In this document: piece by piece, positions 59,756 to 64,000 of the stretch
How the letters are laid out: every line of letters begins with the position of its first letter
Numbering within the stretch: position 1 is the first letter of the stretch
Assembly (NCBI GenBank): GCA_902560275.1
Contig: CACELJ010000002.1
Span: 41 to 64,040, forward strand
Length of the DNA stretch: 64,000 nucleotides
Origin: an uncultured SAR86 cluster bacterium
GTDB lineage: Bacteria > Pseudomonadota > Gammaproteobacteria > Magnimaribacterales > AG-339-G14
Direction: 5' to 3'
Translations under genes and position numbers: made by a program
Notes under the pieces: model-generated
The model's input: only the letters and a program-made list of their open reading frames with translations
Database searches by the model: none
What the model was told of the DNA's origin: nothing

Positions 59756-61750
59756 TTAGTTCGTGATCCATATTGGCGAAGACCAAGCTCTTTCCTGAAT
59801 TGTTGATTTTATATCAGATCTAGGAAGTTGATTACTTCTAATTGCGTCCCAAGTAGACCATCTGCAAACTGGGTTTTCTAAAACTCTAACGTAATAAAAA
59901 GCTTCCTGATCTTCAATAAATTCTGGATCTTTCCATAAAGTTTTTAGCTCCCTTGAGCCCTTATTCTTGGTGATTGAGCAATCATTCAAATTAACTTTTG
60001 CACCATTGTCAGGACACCTGTGAGATGATTTGTCTACTTCCAATCCATCGCTACAGGTTGCGTCAAAAACCTTCTCTTTAGATTCTCCATTATCGAGCCA
60101 TCCCTTGATAATTTGAACTCTCTGTAAATTTATACCTTGGGCATCAGCCATTGCCCATACGAGGAAAGTAGGAGATTTATTCTTCTTAGTTTTAAGGCTT
60201 CCTCCCATTGTCGATGCTGTTTTGTAAAGGTAAGCAATAGTATTTTCTTTGCTAAAAGCATTCTCAATGTCATATCCAGCAAAAAATCTAATTTTTATTC
60301 TTGGTCCGCTAGTTGCAAAAGTTTCCTTTCTTTTGAATGCGTCAAAGATTGACTCTCTAGTATTCTCTTCAGCCCAAACTCCTGCAAGTCCGGAAGCGCT
60401 CCAGCTAATGAGCCTACTGCTGCCCGCAAAATAATCTTTTCCATCAACCTCTGAAATTAAATTTGGCCTTAGGACTTTCAATACGGATCCATAAGTCTTA
60501 TTAAAAGGAATAGATCCCCTGAGTTCAGGAGTTCCATCGAGAATGCCTATTTTTGAAAAGTATCTATCTTCTTCGAAAGATGATGCAGATACATGAGTAT
60601 CAGTTGATCCAATAAAACCAAATTTATATGGATTGACACCACTTTTGTTTTTCAGAGCCATACCTCTTAATAAGGCACTTCTTGTATAACTCCCTCCATC
60701 ATTATCTGCTGTATTTTCAATTTCAAAATCAGCCCACTCATCATTTTTTGATAAGAAGGGACTCGTCTCTGAGGAAGCTTTTACCTGAGTTATTTCAACA
60801 ACAGGCTCATTACTTATTCTCTTTCTGCTATAAGATTCATCTATTGGAGCGCCATTAAAATCATCTAGCATAAACATTAAGCCTCCAGAGAGATTAGAAT
60901 TGTGTGGTATGGCCATGCTCTCAACTCCATTGTTTCTGAGAGAATCCATCCAATCCCATAACTTTTCTGGATTTGGGCTATCTACTCTACTAAAGGGCAT
61001 CAATGGTAAATTTTTAGTATCCTTGAAAATAACATTTCTATGCAGTGTTGTAAGGTCTGCTCCGCTACCTGCCGAGTATTCGTAACCTGCAAAAGTAGTC
61101 AAAACTCCTGGTTCATAGGCTCTATCAGCTGCCTGAATAATTTCCTGCCAAACAGTACTAGAAATCTTATTTAATTCATCGGCAAGATCATTGGTCAGTC
61201 TTCCCTCCTCTGCGAGCCTCTGTGCGAAAGGTCTAAAGAGGTTAGATCTTCTGATAACCTCAAATATGCCTGCACCCGCTGAATCATTTAAATTATGTAA
61301 TGGCCTCACCCAATCATATTTAGACAAAAAAGAATTTTCGTCACTTGCAGATTTCATCACTCCTAAAAATATCCCGTGATCAGTCACCGCATAAAAATCT
61401 AAAGGTCTCTTGAGCTGGATCTGATATCCTGATGGATGGGGTAAAGCAGCTCCTCGAGCATAACGATATGCATCATCTGGAGAATTAATATTACCGAAAG
61501 TATAAGAATCAAAAGAATTAGCCGTGTGAACGTGCAGATCCCCAAAATAGGCATTTTTATCTGGGTTTTTCTCTGGTCTATCATCAGTCTCATACTTCAT
61601 GGAAGATATTTGTTTTGAGAAAAAACCATCTATTTTTTCTATAGTTTTTTTAGTTTGTCTCTCTTGGTACTGATAAGAAATAAATACGATTAAAACCAAG
61701 CTAAAGGTAATTCCTGCGATCCACAAAAAAGATTTTTTTAAAATTCCCAC
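59756..61750 (-). CDS. DUF3604 domain protein (PHP-like putative metallo-phosphoesterase), N-terminal membrane anchor
   Basis: 664 aa, the YFGDLHVHTANSFDS motif characteristic of DUF3604 as I recall it, and an N-terminal FLWIAGITFSLVLIVFISY. Confidence 0.7.
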   Translation of the reverse strand: MGILKKSFLWIAGITFSLVLIVFISYQYQERQTKKTIEKIDGFFSKQISSMKYETDDRPEKNPDKNAYFGDLHVHTANSFDSYTFGNINSPDDAYRYARGAALPHPSGYQIQLKRPLDFYAVTDHGIFLGVMKSASDENSFLSKYDWVRPLHNLNDSAGAGIFEVIRRSNLFRPFAQRLAEEGRLTNDLADELNKISSTVWQEIIQAADRAYEPGVLTTFAGYEYSAGSGADLTTLHRNVIFKDTKNLPLMPFSRVDSPNPEKLWDWMDSLRNNGVESMAIPHNSNLSGGLMFMLDDFNGAPIDESYSRKRISNEPVVEITQVKASSETSPFLSKNDEWADFEIENTADNDGGSYTRSALLRGMALKNKSGVNPYKFGFIGSTDTHVSASSFEEDRYFSKIGILDGTPELRGSIPFNKTYGSVLKVLRPNLISEVDGKDYFAGSSRLISWSASGLAGVWAEENTRESIFDAFKRKETFATSGPRIKIRFFAGYDIENAFSKENTIAYLYKTASTMGGSLKTKKNKSPTFLVWAMADAQGINLQRVQIIKGWLDNGESKEKVFDATCSDGLEVDKSSHRCPDNGAKVNLNDCSITKNKGSRELKTLWKDPEFIEDQEAFYYVRVLENPVCRWSTWDAIRSNQLPRSDIKSTIQERAWSSPIWITN

Positions 61751-61757
61751 TTAATTT

Positions 61758-63404
61758 TTAGTTTGACCAATAAATATAGTCGTCTCCTTCCTCATATTTT
61801 TGTCCATCGTATTTATCAATTAAGATTGGAACTTCAAATGCGGATGGCACAACTGGGTCAGCTTGCTCTGAATTAAATTGGGCCAATAAACTTTTAAGAA
61901 GTTGCGCTTTTTTAGGATGAGATTCTATAAGATTGTTCTTTTCGGTTGGATCAACAGAAGTGTTAAAAAGCCAGTGAAAATTTTCTTTTTTACTGACTAT
62001 GTATTTCCAATTTTCATGTAATACAGATTGATGATTTCCTGAGCGCCAAAAAAGCGTTTTATGCGGTTCAGTAGATATTTCCTTATTTATAAAAGGTAGA
62101 AGATTAACACCATCTAAATCATTTAATTCAGAAGATTCAATTCTCGCAGCAGATGCAATCGTAGAAAAAATATCAAAGTGATGAACGGCGCTATTTGATT
62201 TTTGACCGGGATTTATCTTATCAGGCCAACTGACAATATAAGGAACTCTTATTCCACCTTCAAAGAAGCTTATTTTCCACCCTCTGTAAGGCTTATTAAT
62301 ATCCTCTAACTCAATATAATCGGCTCCACCGTTGTCGCTAGTAAAAATAATCAAAGTTTTGCCATATATTTCGAGCTCTTTGAGTTTTGCAATAACTCTT
62401 CCTACGCTTCGATCAAGCGCGGTGATCATTCCAGAATAAACCTGTAAATTATGTCCTTGCATGTGGCTCATGTGCTGTACATCACTTCTCAATGCCTGCA
62501 AGGGATTATGAACTGCCCAATGACTTAAATATAAAAAGAAAGGTCTGTTTTTATTTTTTTCAATAACCTTCAAAGCTTCGTCGGTATAGTAATCGGTAAC
62601 ATATTTATCTGGAGCAAAAAAATCGCCTCCGTTAAACATTGCTGAATACTGGCCAATACCCCAAATCATTCTGTCGATTCCAGTATCGAACTTTGCATTT
62701 ACTATGTCTGGATCATCTTCTGGGGCATACAAAGGTCCCGCTAAAGATAAAGAATCTTTAAATCCTTGGCTTTGCGCATCCATACCATTGGCTTGGCCAA
62801 GATGCCATTTTCCTATGTGGGCTGTGTAATATCCTGCATCACGAAGAACCTCTGCAATTGTTACTTGCTCAGTTGGCATTCCTTGCTCCCATAAAGGAGG
62901 TAACCGAGTCGCTACTTCTCTATCAACTCTAGCTCTCAGTTCTGAGTCATCCTCTTCAGCAAGCCAGCGCATAATTAATCTTCCGGTTGCCGGTACGGGA
63001 GTAAATTCATATCCAAATTTTGTGGGGTATTTCCCCGTCATGATGGATGCCCTTGAAGGTGCGCAAGTAGCATTGGCAGCATATCCTCTCGAAAAGAGAA
63101 TGCCGTTTTCTGCTAGCGAATCTATGTGGGGTGTTATCAAAGACCCGTCTGCTGCCCCGCCGTTATGAGCAGAGATATCGTTGTATCCCAAATCATCAGC
63201 CAAAATTAAAATAATATTAGGACGATCATCTTGTGTAGGAATTTCAGGTCCCTCTGTCCAAGTGGTTGGAATATTATCTTGTATTGGCATAAAAATAGCC
63301 GACAGTTTCGGTATAGACCAAATAAGTATATTTATTTTAAATTCCCAAGCTGTGATGCCTAGTATGGCGAGAAGACCAAAAGTAATTAAAGTTTTCCTAA
63401 GCAT
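61758..63404 (-). CDS. Arylsulfatase-family sulfatase (Cys-type formylglycine motif)
   Basis: 548 aa, NIILILADDLGYND, and CAPSRASIMTG (CxPxR plus SxxTG). N-terminal hydrophobic signal or anchor. Confidence 0.88.
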   Translation of the reverse strand: MLRKTLITFGLLAILGITAWEFKINILIWSIPKLSAIFMPIQDNIPTTWTEGPEIPTQDDRPNIILILADDLGYNDISAHNGGAADGSLITPHIDSLAENGILFSRGYAANATCAPSRASIMTGKYPTKFGYEFTPVPATGRLIMRWLAEEDDSELRARVDREVATRLPPLWEQGMPTEQVTIAEVLRDAGYYTAHIGKWHLGQANGMDAQSQGFKDSLSLAGPLYAPEDDPDIVNAKFDTGIDRMIWGIGQYSAMFNGGDFFAPDKYVTDYYTDEALKVIEKNKNRPFFLYLSHWAVHNPLQALRSDVQHMSHMQGHNLQVYSGMITALDRSVGRVIAKLKELEIYGKTLIIFTSDNGGADYIELEDINKPYRGWKISFFEGGIRVPYIVSWPDKINPGQKSNSAVHHFDIFSTIASAARIESSELNDLDGVNLLPFINKEISTEPHKTLFWRSGNHQSVLHENWKYIVSKKENFHWLFNTSVDPTEKNNLIESHPKKAQLLKSLLAQFNSEQADPVVPSAFEVPILIDKYDGQKYEEGDDYIYWSN

Positions 63405-63471
63405 TATTGAATGATGATGTCAGGAAAATATAAATTATGGCAGTTATTATGTCAAAAGATTCTAAGGAAAT

Positions 63472-63548
<77 letters not shown>

Positions 63549-63600
63549 ATTTGAAATGGAATGCAACCTTAGCAAGCTATTATCAATAAATAAAGTTAAA

Positions 63601-64000
63601 TTAATTATCAGAATCCCTTCTTATGACATAAGGACGGTTTTTATTCGAAAAGTAAATTCTTACGACCACTTCAGCCAATAAACCGGTCGTTAAAAGTTGG
63701 GTTCCAAACACAACAGAAAGTATTCCGCCGTAAAAAAGAGGTCGGTCGCCTAAGTCTATGCCAAGCATAATTTTTTGTGCGCTTAATATAAATAAGATAA
63801 TTATTCCAAGAACCAAAAAAACTAAACCAGGAAAACCAAAAAAATGCGCTGGTTTAGATAAAAACCTTTGGAAAAATATAATTGAAAATAAATCTAAAGG
63901 TACCCTGGCAATTCTTCCAAACCCATACTTACTCTCGCCAGCAATTCTAGGTCTATGATTTACTACCTCTTCGCTTATCCTTGCCTTATCAGTATAAAGA
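63601..64000 (-). CDS. Family-2 glycosyltransferase (polyprenyl-phosphate glycosyltransferase-like), C-terminal part; 5' end outside window
   Basis: The frame is open to the window edge: ...NHRPRIAGESKYGFGRIARVPLDLFSIIFFQRFLSKPAHFFGFPGLVFLVLGIIILF...LLAEVVVRIYFS. This is the R..GESKY motif plus two C-terminal TM helices. The track M at 63816 is an internal TTG. Confidence 0.7.
   Translation of the reverse strand, partial: LYTDKARISEEVVNHRPRIAGESKYGFGRIARVPLDLFSIIFFQRFLSKPAHFFGFPGLVFLVLGIIILFILSAQKIMLGIDLGDRPLFYGGILSVVFGTQLLTTGLLAEVVVRIYFSNKNRPYVIRRDSDN

Overview
AT-rich, very tightly packed bacterial chromosome segment with gammaproteobacterial (Pseudomonas/E. coli-like) synteny. It is almost entirely core housekeeping. 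Left part (1-10.6 kb): smpB 3' end plus tmRNA, a prolyl oligopeptidase, rpsT, proB-obg-rpmA-rplU, fabA-fabB, ssb and uvrA. Centre (10.6-39.7 kb): one uninterrupted minus-strand block, tRNA-Tyr, tRNA-Thr, tuf, tRNA-Trp, secE-nusG, rplKAJL, rpoBC, rpsL-rpsG-fusA, then the fused S10-spc-alpha ribosomal operons. Most of its spacers are 0-10 nt or negative. Right part (39.7-50.6 kb): birA, tRNA-Thr(UGU), rraA, an oxidoreductase, rnr-rlmB-lpxC-secA-argJ-thiE-like, and yacG-coaE. Two small genes missing from the ORF track were found by hand: rpmJ (13345-13461) and yacG (49826-49999). Only the last about 13 kb looks accessory. It holds an MFS transporter, an FMN hydroxyacid dehydrogenase, an S46 peptidase and a D-aminoacylase. 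A sulfatase/DUF3604/desaturase/thioredoxin-like/crotonase cluster follows, bracketed by stand-alone tRNA-Ile(GAU) and tRNA-Ala(UGC). I found no CRISPR array, mobile element, integrase, toxin-antitoxin pair or recognisable defence or novel multi-gene system. The most unusual signals are architectural. The tuf stop codon overlaps tRNA-Trp nucleotide +1. The thrU-tyrU-glyT-thrT-tufB tRNA operon is rearranged, and the rraA frame runs into an antisense tRNA. The normally rRNA-spacer tRNAs Ile/Ala are split by 6.2 kb of genes. Near-consensus promoters abut start codons, implying near-leaderless rpsL and rpsT. Several housekeeping proteins are domain-minimised. All promoter, structure and function calls are by-eye inferences and need computation or experiment.
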